Of a stretch of DNA of 64,000 nucleotides, positions 50,955 through 63,819 are shown piece after piece. Location of the stretch: the NCBI GenBank assembly GCA_030390025.1, contig CM059434.1, forward strand, positions 95,418,001-95,482,000. The letters are read 5' to 3'. The position numbers and the translations under genes are program-made. The DNA comes from Squalus acanthias. Its lineage: Eukaryota. Numbering within the stretch: position 1 is the first letter of the stretch; every line of letters starts with the position of its first letter. A model generated the notes under the pieces. The model did not search any database. It saw only the letters and a list, made by a program, of their open reading frames with translations, and was not told where the DNA came from.

Positions 50955-53141
50955 ATGGGGAAACTCCAATAGACATTGAGCGCTTTGATGCTCGTGGTGG
51001 ATTGAACTATATCAGGAATCACAGCAGCTCGGAAACAGCACCAATGGAACCATAACCTCACTGGATACAGGGTTTTCTGTTGTAAATGAGATGAATGTAA
51101 CAATTAAAAATCAAACTATAATAACATGTTATAATTGGACAGTTAGGGTAATGGAACAGAGGGTGCATGAGGGGCAAAGGATTTGTTTAAAATGCTCAGA
51201 TGAGACCACTCCAAACGGGATGATCCTAGAACTTCGGTTTGCACCGGGTCAGACCATGAATAACTTGAGATTGAGGAAGGCAAGAGGAATCGTAGCTACC
51301 CCGTTAATTGATGGGACAAGTTACTGTTGGACAAATTTCTGGTTAAGTAATCACACAGGAGTATATATGTGTGTAAACAGAAATTCCTCCAATGATGATC
51401 CTCAAATTGAAAATCGTTATGATAATATTCAATGTTTTGATCAATCCAAAGAAGCCATTCAATTAAAGGCGAAAGAGAAACCAGTGCCACCCGATGAAGG
51501 GAGTGAAAAGTGCCCCACCCCATTCCCTGCTCCAATTAACGAATTGGTGTTGGTTCCGAGTGAGTTGTCAATGTTACATGATGTTGTATTAGATGCGAGG
51601 GAGATTATTATCAATATGTCTAGTCTTGCCTTGCCGACATGGTGCAGTGAACCCACTAGAAACTGGTTAAGAGATAGGAAAATGCAGTTAATTAAAAACT
51701 TTTTGGAAGGAAAATAGCGATCAAGTGACCATAGGGGAGGAGCCTCAAGCCCCAAAATCCCCTGTACAGAGGAGAAAGCGCAGTATGCTCAATAATGTAG
51801 CATATCTAATGTGGAATACCACATTAGGATGGGTAAATACAGGGGATATTATGAGCTTGAACTATCAATTAGGAAAATTGAGAGAAAAGGTACAGCAGGC
51901 ATTAAGAAACCAGAATAGCATAGATAAAGTACAATTAGAAGCAGAATAGGCCTTGACAATTCACATGCAAGGGTTGGTCAAATTGTTGGAAAATCAGACA
52001 CAGGCCATAAACAATTTGACAAAGGGAAGGATAGAAACGCCTCTGATCAGGCAACACAAAATGATGCATGCGCAATGATGAGTTCTTGGATTCTACAGAA
52101 CATAGGGAGGAATTTGAATAGAACAGCTGAGGGAAGGGTTCCATCTTGGATGGAAGATAAACACCTTAAGGCAGTGGAAAGGTATCAGTCAAATTTGACA
52201 GTGTGTCAGTTGCGAAGTCTTACTGTGGTACACGTCGCGCCACACAAATGTAATCAGACTAGCAATGATAGCTTGATAGGAATCATATTAAGAATGCCTG
52301 TAATGTCCAAACCTTGAGCACCACTGCGGGTGTATAAGGTGGCCAATATGGGTTTCCTGAAAGATGGTGTTTTATATAAATATGCATCATCGCCCAGATA
52401 TGTTGTTAAATATAACCAATCTCTCTGTGAGATAAAATTACATCTATGTAAGACCCAAGGAAGAACTACAATGTGTATGTATAATGTTTTGGATGATGAA
52501 GAGCCGTTATGCGGATTTAACTTGACAAGGATGTCCAGGTATCAGTGTCAGGTCACTGCTGTAAGGTCAACACAATATACCACCGATGTTTATAAGGAAC
52601 AGGGTGTCTATTGTATAAATATGTGCAAAAGAATGCTATAATATGTCTGGTATCTAACAGTACTAGGTGTATTAAACCTAAAAGGATGGTAAAAATCGGG
52701 AACAGGACTATTCTGCCTTTGGTAAATCAGAATCCCATGCATGTTAAGGCATCAACCGTGGTAGAAGATTTGGAGAAATACGTGTCCATCTTTGGAAATG
52801 GGTTACCTTGGATAAATGAAAATCCCACTGAGTTTGTGAAATGAATTGGAGAAGTGGGAAGGACATTCTCAATATTGAAAGGGAGAAATTATGCTAATGA
52901 TGCTAATGACAGAATAACAACCTCGTTAATGGACGAGGCGACTTCGTGGTGGGATTTGGGATTTAATCGTATAGACTTAGCTCCATGGGTAAGACTGTGC
53001 TCACAAGCTCGGCTATGGTTACAGCTAATGTGTGTGATCGTGTTTATGTGGGAGTGGGGAATGTGGGCAAGACGTGAACAAAGAAAGAACAAGGGAAGAA
53101 AACTTAAGCGTGCGATGGAACTGTTACGGGATCAGCTTTAA
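50955..53141 (+). pseudogene. env: env of LTR element 2, disrupted
   Basis: Furin site QRRKR|SMLNNVAYL; EGRVPSWM, CQLRSL and LCGFN motifs; TM LWLQLMCVIVFMW; collinear with env of element 1. Confidence 0.82.
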
Positions 53142-53776
53142 TAATGTGAAATGGGGGTATAGATATTGTAATGTAGGGGATAAAAGGGGACTATGTCTGG
53201 TCGGAATACATGCTTCTCCAACTCTGGTGAAATGTCTGCACATGAATCGCCAGGGATGTACGGTTGACTTGGGATATGAATCGCCAGGAATTAGCATATA
53301 AGTTGTTGGGAAGTACTGTTATGTATGAAACTGTGGGCATATTTATTGGCGGAGTGAATTAATAAACTGTGGGCATATTTATTGATATTTATTGCCAGAG
53401 AAATTAATAAACTGTGGGCACAGACATTGCCGCGAGTGCTTCTATGTATGCTTGAATTTTAAACTGTAGTGTGAATAAAGATCATTTTATTTATAACAAA
53501 CTTATCTGTCATTGTTACTCTTATTCATAATTCTCGAGGTCCAAACAGTAGTAGGAGAAAGTCCTACAGAATATATTATAGATTAATGTAAAATGAATTA
53601 CAATAGAAAACAAATTTCCTTTGTTACTCTACATATTATTGTCAATCCTCGTTGATGTTCTGGAGCTTAATTTGTAATGAGTATTGAATAAATATAGACG
53701 CCTATTCATTCACCTATATTTATCTAATAATCATTACAAATACTTAGCAGTTATTAAAGTTATACTTAATACTTAC

Positions 53777-53933
53777 GACACAAGTCTGGGGTTCTCCAGC
53801 GAATACAAACATTAGCTTTATTACAAGCTTCTGCATACACTGCTACAGCGGTACAGAAACCCAGATATTTCCCTTCCAAGTCACAGGCACAAGCTTCTTG
53901 GATACAAGCGTCGTAGTACGGAGTTGGGTCAAC
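53777..53933 (-). CDS. Mucin exon C8-3 [52 protein letters not shown]
   Basis: 157 nt, phase 0-1; C8 domain ending WRTPxLC. Confidence 0.95.
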
Positions 53934-54027
53934 CTGATAAAGTGCATCACCACGAGATTAGAAAGCAGACTTTGCAAGCAGCTTTACAATCATTTAAGTT
54001 AATTTGTTTCAAAAGATGCTATCTCAC

Positions 54028-54267
54028 CTTTTTATGGCATTTTTGAAACACAACATCCTTCATTATGCTACACTTCCTCTGAGCCCATGTTAAACAGTAT
54101 GGGTTTCTGTCACAAGGGAATGTTTGATTCAGTGTATCAGAACAAGACAGCGATGATTTCCAGCTGTTTCCAAATTTCACAGCATTGGTCACCAAAGAGT
54201 TCCCTTTAGTTGTTAGATCATCTGCAACATCATCATTGAAATTTCCACACAGACCACATACTTTTTT
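54028..54267 (-). CDS. Mucin exon VWD3/C8 KKVCGLCGNFNDDVADDLTT...FGNSWK...CHKK
   Basis: 240 nt, phase 0-0; CGLCGNF motif. Confidence 0.96.
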
Positions 54268-54424
54268 CTGTAATAGAAAACGCATCTATGTATTATTAAA
54301 AAATCTTGGCTCGGAAATTCCATAGGGGAGTTCTCTTGATCTCTCGCTGTAACTCTGGCAGGAGACCAATGAAACCCCCCCAAGGCGAACGATGGAGACT
54401 GGTTTCTCTGCCATTTCCTTGGGA

Positions 54425-54924
54425 GTTCCTAACTCACACCAAGTCCCGTTCGCCCATCACCCCTGTGCTCGCTGACCTACATTGGCTCCCAGTTAAGCAA
54501 CGCCTCGATTTCAAAATTCTCATCCTTGTTTTCAAATCCCTCCATGGCCTCGCCCCTCCCTATCTCTGTAATCTCCTCCAGCCCCACAACATCCCCGAGA
54601 TATCTGCGCTCATCTAATTCTGCCCTCTTGAGCATCCCTGAGTATAATCGCTCAACCATTGGTGGCCATGCCTTCTGTTGCCTAGGCCCTAAGCTCTGGA
54701 ATTCCCTGTCTAAACCTCTCCGCCTCTCTACCTCTCTTTCCTCCTTTAAGACGTTCGTTAAAACCTACCTCTTTGACCAAGCTTTTGGTCACCTGCCGGA
54801 ATTTCTCTTTATGTGGTTTGGTGTCAAATTTTTTGTCTTATAATCCTCCTGTGAAGCGCCATGGGACATTTTACTATGTTAAAGGTGCTACATAAATACA
54901 AGTTGTTGTTGTTGTTGTTGTTGT
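54425..54924 (+). mobile_element. L2 LINE 3' fragment
   Basis: SPITPVLADLHWLPVKQRLDFKILILVFKSLHGLAPPYL; (TTG)n tail. Confidence 0.9.
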
Positions 54925-55420
54925 TCCACCAGTGCCCCGTTGGATTTAGAGCTAGAGACCAGGAGAACACCTGTGGATTTCAGTGCCCTTACATCAGCGA
55001 GCACTTCCTGTCAACAAAACATTACTTCATGTTGTCGCACTTTCCCATTATAAATTCCTTTATCCCACCAGATGGCCCTGTATCACTTCAGTTTTGCCTC
55101 TGCCAGCTCCTCGGCCTGTACTACAGAGAACCGCCTATGCTCCAACCAATTCTACTTCTCTGCTTCCTAAATTCCATAACTTTGGCTCTCTAACCAGGAA
55201 TAATAATATAAAATAATATTATTTAAAATAAAGGCAGAATGTCAGGGTCACCGGACAGTGGTCTGAAGTGAAAATCTGATGAAACCCCTCCATTGTTCAG
55301 GTGCATCAATTGTAGTCTCCACTTGAGGTTGGCTAATTCAGCACAGACTGGGGATTGAACCTAAAACTGTACTTGCTTAAAACCTGTTATAGCTCTAACT
55401 TCTTCCAGTTCTGAAATGTA

Positions 55421-57150
55421 GGCCGCGATTTCACCTACCGAGGCGTGTCTGGGGTGGCCGGGGTCAGTGGCGGGGTGTGACCGCGCTGCTGGCTCCAGCC
55501 CGCTCTGTAGAGTGATCTTACGTTGATTGGGCTTGTTAAGCCCGCCCAGCGCATTTCCCGACCAATTGAAGGAAGTGGGTCTGATGATGTCACTTGATGA
55601 CGCGTCATCAGCCGATTTCCTTAAAGGGACCATGCACAAATTGATTTTGACAGTTCTGCTGTCAGTGTTCTGCAGCATTGAGGTGCAGAGGTGCACGGCT
55701 GCACCCAGGCTCTCCCTTGACTCCATCCATATGCTTATGGAGGGAGTTACAGCACGCAGGGATGTCCCCGTCCTTTCCCATGGGCAGAAGAGACCTCCCC
55801 AGGAGATCAACGCAGCCTGGTTGAACATTACACAGGAGGACACAAGCAGGGATGTCATCAGGAGAACCAGGCTGCAGTGGCGCAAACCTTTCAATGATCT
55901 CAGTAGATCACGAAACGTTACTGCAAAGCCACACTCAACCTCATCCTGCTGTGCCTCTTATCACTCTGCCTTCCCTACCCTACTCCTGCACATCTTTACT
56001 CACACCAACTTACCTTGCACCTCCACCCATCCCTCTCTCTCTACATTATCACTTCCCCATCTCACTAGCCATCTCTCACACTCACCCTCATCCTAGTCCA
56101 ATCATACCAACTAACAACACACAAGGGTAGGCACTTGGGTGTTTTAGCCAATGTTCATGTGAAGTTTCTGTTAATGTGTTGTCAAACATTGAAATCTTTA
56201 TGTTCAACACTTTGCGTTCTTGGACAGATTTGTGTGCACCTTTGGAAGTGGCTTAGTGAATTGCAGTGAATGGTGAGACATAACGGTACCCCCTGCAATG
56301 GCGATGAGTGTGAAAGGAATGGCTTGGGTATTGTAGGGATGCTTTATGGTGCTGGTGTGGGGTGGTGCCAACCTGGCGCATCATGTGGCAGCCAGGGTGT
56401 ATAGCGTCAAGTGAAGTAAATCTGGCCATGGTGAGGCCATCCCTGGCCTCCCGGGCAGCAATGTGGTTGGGTACTGATGCCCCGTGTCCTGTGCAGCATC
56501 AGTTGATTGCGGAGAAGGTTGGTGTTGTTGTTGGTGCTGCTGGTGTGCCTGGTTCTGCTGGTGTTGGGGCTGATCGTGGTGGGATTCTGAGGACCAAGGT
56601 GAGATAGTTTCAAGGGCACCGATGATGATGTAATAGATGGCAGGTGAAGTTGAGATGACAGAAGCAAATCTGTTGATGGTCAGAGAGGTTGTTCCAATGA
56701 GGTGGCAGTGGATGGAGAGTTGGCTCCAAACACTTGCAAGCTGCATAAAGCTCAATCTGTCTTCCAAATGCAGTAAGCAACAGTTTCTGAGCTTGGAAAG
56801 TGAACAGCTGTGAGATGAGAGCTTTTATACCACATTTGCAACTGTCAAGTAATCAGATAATTCAATGGTGAATCCACTCATGATCTGCTGATCCCCGAGC
56901 AGTGTATAACCCGTGGGGGAACTCGTAAAATTGAAATACTGTTTAAGTGCCTCTTAACAATCTCTTAATGATCTAAATTGCCTCCCCTGCCGCTTGGTGT
57001 TGGGTCTGTTCAACGCTGACAGACCCAACATCTAGGAGACTAGCGTGGAGGCAGGTTGACAGCGGGTTCCCTACCCGCTGTCAAAAAAAACATTTCCCAC
57101 CCGACCCACCACCGATCATGCCCACTGACCCCCTGAAAAGTTTCCCCCCC
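55421..57150. mobile_element. Harbinger-derived element with a decayed Myb/SANT-like ORF
   Basis: AAPRLS...MEGVTARRDV...NAAWLNI...RRTRLQWRKPFNDL resembles the Harbinger Myb/SANT protein; GG..GATTT-type terminus; boundaries approximate. Confidence 0.65.
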
Positions 57151-57156
57151 TCCCCA

Positions 57157-57259
57157 TTAACACTGTTTCTCTCTCCACAGATGCTGCCTGGCCTGCTGAG
57201 TAATTCCAGCATTTTCTGTTTTTATTTCAGATTTCCAGCTTCTGCAGTATTTTGCTTCT
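57157..57259 (+). mobile_element. Older fragment of the same Penelope-like family as 8141-8846, lacking the hammerhead core
   Basis: tttctctctccacagatgctgcctggcctgctgagt...ttccagcttctgcagtattttgct. Confidence 0.75.
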
Positions 57260-57998
57260 GAAACTATTTCTGTTCTGTATGGTTCAGTTTTACATTGGGC
57301 AGTGAAAGTTTTTCTGTCAGGGTGCTTTCATACTTGAACTATAGCACGGGAGCTTCCCTTCACACTGACTCTGCAGTTGTAGCTTGAATCCAGAGTCAGG
57401 GCCTGAACTGACACTACAGCAAAGAGGTGCCCTGGAGAGGTTGGTTTCACTCAACTTCACTTCAGAATTTGTTCAGTCCTTGACGTTTCATTACTCTCCA
57501 ATTTGTCGGAGAAATTGCTTTTGTATTTTCTTGGCTTTGAGGTTAAAATATTCCCTGTGCAATAAGGGAGTCAAATGGATTCTTGCAGCTATTTTCAATA
57601 TATAATAACAATGAAATAATGAGTCAATATAAGATGATCTTAAATTGTTTCAGTGTCAACTGCACAATATGATCAAGAATATTTGTAATTAAGAATACCA
57701 GATATATTTACACACACAAACACATAGATATACAGTAAAAAGAAAACATACTAAATGTTCACCTTGATATTAGTGTATGGAAGCTTAACACGTTTGTAAT
57801 GAAACTCTTTTGTCTATTATTTTAGCAAAGGCATTAACCATTTATGATTGTACATAATAATGTGGAATGCAACATATATTTATTTCTCCAAGTGATTAAG
57901 TCCTTAATTCCAAATATGGTTCATTCATATTTACTAATTTTTATCCACATTAATAAATTAATACAAGCATGAATATCTAATTTTCAAATCCTACTTAC

Positions 57999-58187
57999 CT
58001 TCCATCTTGTATCCAGTGTGATTGAAAGCCTTGTACGTTTGTCCCATATCACAGTGATCCCATTGGAAAATGTAAGGATTAAATAGAGCCCAACAGTGTG
58101 AAGTGAATAGGAATTATCTGTGCACTGGGTTTGATCAGATTTATCGGCTTTAATCACTCTGCCATCCGTTAGGATGAATTCTTTACC
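57999..58187 (-). CDS. Mucin exon VWD3 GKEFILTDGRV...YSLHTVGLYLILTFSNGITVIWDKRTRLSITLDTRWK
   Basis: 189 nt, phase 0-0. Confidence 0.95.
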
Positions 58188-59324
58188 CTAAAAATAAAAA
58201 GTTGCCATGAGTTCTAATCATGTTTGTAATATTTGTATGATTCCAGTTGGGCATTGCAAATAGACATTTTAAAATATAATGCTGGTTAATCTGTTGTCAT
58301 ACTGCTTATTGACACAAATGTAAAAAAAACTGTCCCCCATCTTCCTGTAATGATGTCTCTCCCCATCTCACACTGTCTAATTCGTTCTGTCTTCCTCTCT
58401 TAATCTTTGTGTATTTTCGACTATTTTTCCCTGTCTCTTTCTTTCTCTCCTGTATGCCTCATTGTTGTCCTTCATCTCTCCATTTATCTCAGCATTTATA
58501 AAAAATTTATTCCTTTTATCTTTTTTATCTGATACTCAAGAAAGTACATTGACATATTGTAGCTTTAACCTTTTTTCAAAGTCCAGAGCATGCAGCAAGA
58601 TGGCAGCCAATATGTATCGGGTAGATGTCGACATTGTGGCCAGCCGGGGCAAGCTGTCCTTGAGCCGTTAACATGTGTGGGTGGGAGAGGGAGAGAAGGA
58701 CTCAAGTTGGCACAAAGCAAGAGGTGGCGGCTGGAGTCTGGGGGGGATTCACCAGGCAGCATATTCCTCGTGAATTCCTCTACTCTATAGCAGAGCAGGG
58801 GGTTACAGAAAGTCATGGCACGCTCTGTGAATGACCCATTTTGCTGTCAATCATAATAAAACCTGGTGTTTCACCCCTCTCAAATGTGTTCTATGAATCG
58901 GGAACAAAAAAAGTTTATAAATCAAGTTCGGGATATTTTTCAGATTGGCAGCAAGCTGGTCATTCACAGAGTAAGCGATGGCTCCTGTTCAGAAGCGTTG
59001 CTCCTTGTTCAACTCAACACAGCAGCCTTAGCTTCTGGGACTTTTAGTCCTCGGCAGTGTACATGTGGAGTGACAGTGCCGCGTCTGGGTGTTGTCTGGG
59101 AAATTTCTTGGAGGCATTTCTAATGTAAAATGGTTAACTTTGTTTTTTGGGGGGGATTTATGTTACTATACTTATTATGGGTGTAGAAATAGTGGATTGT
59201 ATTGGGAAGCAACAGGCTGCTAAAATAACATTTTCAGCGTTGTGATTTGGAATTGTTTGAGGGACGTGATTGATAGAGGGGTTTGTTTACTGATGGCAAC
59301 CTTTTGCCCTTTAAGAAAGAAAAA

Positions 59325-59759
59325 GAAAGACTTGCATTTATATAGCGCCCTTCACAACCACCGGACGTCTCAAAGCGCTTTACAGCCAATGAAGTACTTT
59401 TTGGAGTGTAGTCACTGTTGTAATGTGGGAAACGTAGCAGCCAATTTGCGCACAGCAAGGTCCCACAAACAGCAATGTGATAATGACCAGATAATCTGTT
59501 TTTGTGATGTTGATTGAGGGATAAATATTGGCCAGGACACCGGGGATAACTCCCCTGCTCTTCTTCGAAATAGTGCCATGGGATCTTTTACGTCCACCTG
59601 AGAGAGCAGACGGGGCCTCAGTTTAACGTCTCATCCGAAAGACAGCACCTCCAACAGTGCAGCACTCCCTCAGCACTGCACTGGAGTGTCAGCCTAGATT
59701 TATGTGCTCAAGTCCCTGACTCAGAGGCGAGTGTGCTACCCACTGAGCCACAGCTGACA
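59325..59759 (-). mobile_element. tRNA-headed SINE with L2-type tail (Deu/SacSINE1-like)
   Basis: Minus-strand head tgtcagctgtggctcagtgggtagcac (A box); tail gcgctatataaatgcaagtcttt. Confidence 0.75.
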
Positions 59760-59988
59760 TGAATGGAATTCTTATTAATTTTGCCACAGTTGCACTGAGT
59801 CGATGTGGGTAATGTGGCTGGGTGAGCAGAGCTGGTCTTGAGCTTCTGTCACATTTGAGCCAACTAGAAAGCTTTGTACCCAATCAACCTACAGACATGT
59901 CATTTCCCCACACCATACGGATAAGCAGATTCAAGTAAAATATATACAGTGTGTCAGTGGTTCAAAATCAATATATAAAAATACAGAC

Positions 59989-60093
59989 CGCAAGCAAAAT
60001 TTTGATATTTCTTGAGCATGTCACACCATTTTCACAACACGGAACACTTTCTGTTAATATTTGGAATGTGCCATCTCCTTGATTGCAGTGGTC
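59989..60093 (-). CDS. Mucin exon VWD3 [35 protein letters not shown]
   Basis: 105 nt, phase 0-0; ctctttag| ... |gtctgt. Confidence 0.93.
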
Positions 60094-60942
60094 CTAAAGA
60101 GAAAGATAAAAGTAAGAATGTAAGAAAGTATGGAACAAACAAAGGCCTTCACCCCTTTCTACCAGGGGTCAAAAAAGGATGGCAACATGAGAGTATGGGG
60201 CAAAGTGGATGGCAAGGGTGGAAGTGGATGGGGAAGTGAGGAGGGAGTGGGTGGCAATGAAAGAGGGGGCATTGGACAGTAGTGAGGAGAAAAGGAAAGG
60301 TAGTAAATGAAGGGGAGATGGAAAGGGAAATCAATGGCAATGAAAGGGTAAGTAAATGGATGGCAATAGTAGGAATGAAAATGGAGGTTAATGAAGGGGA
60401 GAGGGAAGGAGCAGGAGATGGGATTCATGTTTTGGGGGGAAATATAGGAGCAACCAAACACATATAAAAACTCTTTTTTTGTACAATCAAAATGTATTCC
60501 CTTCGGTACTACACTATTGCCATTTATTTTGGATTGCTCTGGCAAAGAGTCGGCATAAACCGGATAAACAGGATGTGCTGTAAACTTCTATTTTGTCCCA
60601 ATCCTATACACATGTTTAATCCTTCGCCCATACCCCAAATTCAAAAAGGAAAAGGGGGGAAATGTTCTGCATGAAGTGAAGGATGAGAAAATATAACCAA
60701 TAAATGAAATAATTTGAAGAAGTAAGAAATAATACAATTTGTTGCCACTAGGATTCAAAGCATAGGGATATCGGTGTACACCTGCGATATGTTACTACCT
60801 GGTAACACACGTGAGCCTACAGGTAATCCTCTGTGAAATCTATGTCAACACAGTTTACAAGAAATATATAAATACAGCCTTACTGGATGTAGTTAACTGT
60901 GAGAACAGCATTTTAGGTCATCGTTTATTCTTATTCAGTTAC

Positions 60943-61081
60943 CTCAGCAAAAATATATTCACAGTTGCCATCAAACATGTATCTCTTTCCATCAAAAGTT
61001 ACATATTGGCCATCTCCATGAACCTGGCATGTCTTCGGACATGGATTTGTAGCACAATGCCATACTCCAGCTTTGCATGTG
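60943..61081 (-). CDS. Mucin exon E'/VWD3 start CTCKAGVWHCATNPCPKTCQVHGDGQYVTFDGKRYMFDGNCEYIFAE
   Basis: 139 nt, phase 2-0; GDxxYxTFDG motif. Confidence 0.95.
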
Positions 61082-61169
61082 CTGCAATATAAAAAAAACC
61101 ACAATGTAGTAGTGTTCCATAATGCCATTCAAATGTGAATACACAGGGTACTGCCACATTCTGTCTGAT

Positions 61170-61410
61170 AACACTCCTGTGAAGCACCTTGGCACATTTT
61201 ACTACGTTAGAGGCGCTATATAAATGCAAGCTGTTGTTGTTATAGTCATCAACAACAACAACTGGCATTTATATAGTGCTTTTAGCGTAGTAAAAAGTCC
61301 CAAGGCGCAGTGGAAATAGGGAATCTAGAATTCATCCTAGTAAGCGCCTTGGGACGTTTTACTACGTTAAAGGCGCTATATAAATGCAAGTTGTTGTTGC
61401 TGTTGTTGTT
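61170..61410. repeat. Three short L2/SINE 3' tails in alternating orientation (+,-,+)
   Basis: gcgctatataaatgcaag(ttg)n, then its reverse complement, then again forward. Confidence 0.7.
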
Positions 61411-61536
61411 GGGTGAGGGAAGACCAAATTACTCATGAGCAACATCACTTTAGACTCTCCTCACAAGACAAATCATTTTCATATTCAATAGCTTCCTAAT
61501 AAATATTCTGCTAGTGCTGTAAATGTGATATACAAT

Positions 61537-62278
61537 GGCCCAAAAATTAGTGCCGCTACGCGAGAGTACGCACTGCGTACTCTCGCGTATTCTGTCTCCA
61601 ATTGCCGGTTTTCTGCATGCACCGCGCATGCGCTGAAAACCGGCACTTGGTGAATGGAAAAGGGGGCGGTTCCTAGGTGAACCGCGTGCGCGCTACAGGC
61701 TGCGCGCACGCAGTGCACTTAGTGGTTTCAACGCGCAGGTAAGTATGGAAGATTTTACACATAAAAAAAGGAGGAGTAAGACCCACTTTTAACAAGGTAA
61801 GTAGTGAATTAAGTATTATTTTGAATTTTTTTAAACAGGTATATCTTTTTTAGAGACTTTAAAGACAGGTAAGTTTATTTTTATAACTTTTTAAAAGATT
61901 TTAAATTTTTTCAAAAATTTAATTTTTTATTTAAAATGGTTAATTTATTTAACTATACTTATTTTATTAATGTGATGGTTTTTTTTTAATTTAATTGAGG
62001 TTTAGCTGTTATTTTGGGGGGCTATAGTATTCATAGCTTTCACAGCACTTATGTGAAAGTTATGAATGGAAGATGGTGTGCTGCCATTGGCTCTAACTGA
62101 GTCACGTGATCCCACAGCTCGCACGAATTAACTACGCCTGTGGGATACGCAAGCCCAGCACAGCAGCTGTCCAGAACATCAAGTTCGTGCGAGCTGGAAC
62201 TGAAAAAGCCAACGCGCAGTGAGAGATCGCGGGGAAGCCTTACCCTCGCACGAAGGCTTCCTCACGAATTTTTGGGCC
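61537..62278. mobile_element. PIF/Harbinger-type MITE, uninterrupted sister of 7592-9074
   Basis: TIR GGCCCAAAAATT...AATTTTTGGGCC; 3-bp TSD AAT. Confidence 0.9.
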
Positions 62279-63069
62279 AATATGATGCAAGAAACATATT
62301 TTATTACAACCAATGTTATTTTTGTCTTGGCTATTGTAACCACAGAGGACATTTCTGTCAGTTGACAATACTTCTGGAGACTGCTTCATCCCAATGGTCT
62401 AGATTTCTTTCATTATTTTGAAAATCCCATTATTTGGAATCATAATTTTCAACCTGTTAAATGTACAGTACTCAGCACAGGTGATAGTTGACCAAACGTG
62501 TATGATATGTTTTTTATGCTGTGCTTGTTTTTCCAGGACTGCATTGCCAAATGGTGACAGAAATAACAAAAGAAACAAAAAGCTCGTTCCTTTTTTCAGT
62601 TTGTAGATAAATGGCTGAGGATTTACTTCTCAAAGCATGCCGCTCTATATTAATAAGAAATACAGTAACAAATGTGCATGAAAATCCTTAGTCTGCTGTT
62701 TTAATGAAGGTGTTACTCTGTTTATTTTAACGGTGTAAAGTGCAATTTCAACCCACATAAATCCCAAGAAATGAAAGAAAATCCTGAGCAATGCTCCACA
62801 AAATTTGTACGGCTTGAAGGACACGGCTCAGAGTGAAGGTAGAAATTAGGGACAAGGAGCCCCAAAATCTATTACATTTAATAAACGTAATGACATTTGT
62901 TTACATTCCTAGTAGTGCCAGTATGTCACCTCAGCTCTAACTGGTAACAACGATTCACTTCTGTTCCTCTCCAAACAGCTGACTTCAGACACCCACATTT
63001 AAAATATATATATATATATGTACCAGATTCATAAGAATATTGTGTAAATCCACCTGTCTTGCTGTCCTG

Positions 63070-63300
63070 GTGGGAGGCACCATAGCATCCAAATATTCCT
63101 GTAAATATAAAGTTACCCCTCCTCCCCTTCTACCACCGCTAGCTTTCTTCAGCAGGCTGTACCTCTGAATATTGAATCCTGGAGTAAACCATTCCACAAT
63201 CCCATCTTTTCTGCTCCATATACTCCCATTCCAGTATTTTGTTATGCTTCGAACAATCAAGTAAAGGCACTTGATTGTGTACTTCAAGTTAGTCTTAGGT
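63070..63300 (-). mobile_element. Decayed CR1-type AP endonuclease fragment
   Basis: IKCLYLIVRSITK...FNIQRYSLLKK...GRRGGGVTLYL. Confidence 0.65.
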
Positions 63301-63667
63301 ATTTTGGCCTCTTTAAGTTTATGCCAAAATGTATATCCTACTTCATCTTCTCCTTCCCCATGACCACCAAGTTGTTTTTCCATAGTTACATTTCAGCTCC
63401 CTGCCCTTTTTAAAAGTATTTTAACCATCTATGAGTATAAATAAAGTACCAACAGAGGGCCTCATGTGAAAAGTTAGTTTTGCTTGTGATAAGCAATTCT
63501 ATTTAGATCATTGACAGAGGCAGTTCTGTAGACTGAATGGAATATAGGAAAGTGGGCATAGGCCCATTCCTTAGTAGGTCATTGGACAATTGCAACATTC
63601 GCAATGGTCCAAACCCTACAAGAGTGGTATAACTTTCCTTTTAATTTTTCTAATTATTTAATCTCAC

Positions 63668-63819
63668 CATTTATTGCAGTCCCTTTGGATTGTACTTCCA
63701 GCAGCGTGACTGTCTCCTCCAAATAAACAGGGGCACTGTTCAGGAGCGATACATCTTCCACTGTCATCTTCCACAAGATCATCAGGACAGACACAGCCAG
63801 GTACACACCGACTATTTGA
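63668..63819 (-). CDS. Mucin exon TIL'/E' SNSRCVPGCVCPDDLVEDDSGRCIAPEQCPCLFGGDSHAAGSTIQRDCNKC
   Basis: 152 nt, phase 0-2; CxxGCxCP...C...CPC pattern. Confidence 0.93.

Larger units (their letters stand above)
47308..53568 (+). mobile_element. LTR element 2: defective endogenous retrovirus-like element; true 5' end may lie near 46700
   Basis: Direct repeats 47308-47574 and 53257-53568; TGG-starting PBS-like site at 47579; PPT AAAAGGGGA at ~53182; integrase and env remnants; no TSD found. Confidence 0.85.

Noticed and set aside
56381-56767. Gln/His-rich ORF
   Set aside because: Low-complexity part of the decayed Harbinger-derived element; no supported splice sites.
60130-60430. Purine-rich tract with several short ORFs
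   Set aside because: Low-complexity intron sequence with no clear period or coding signal.
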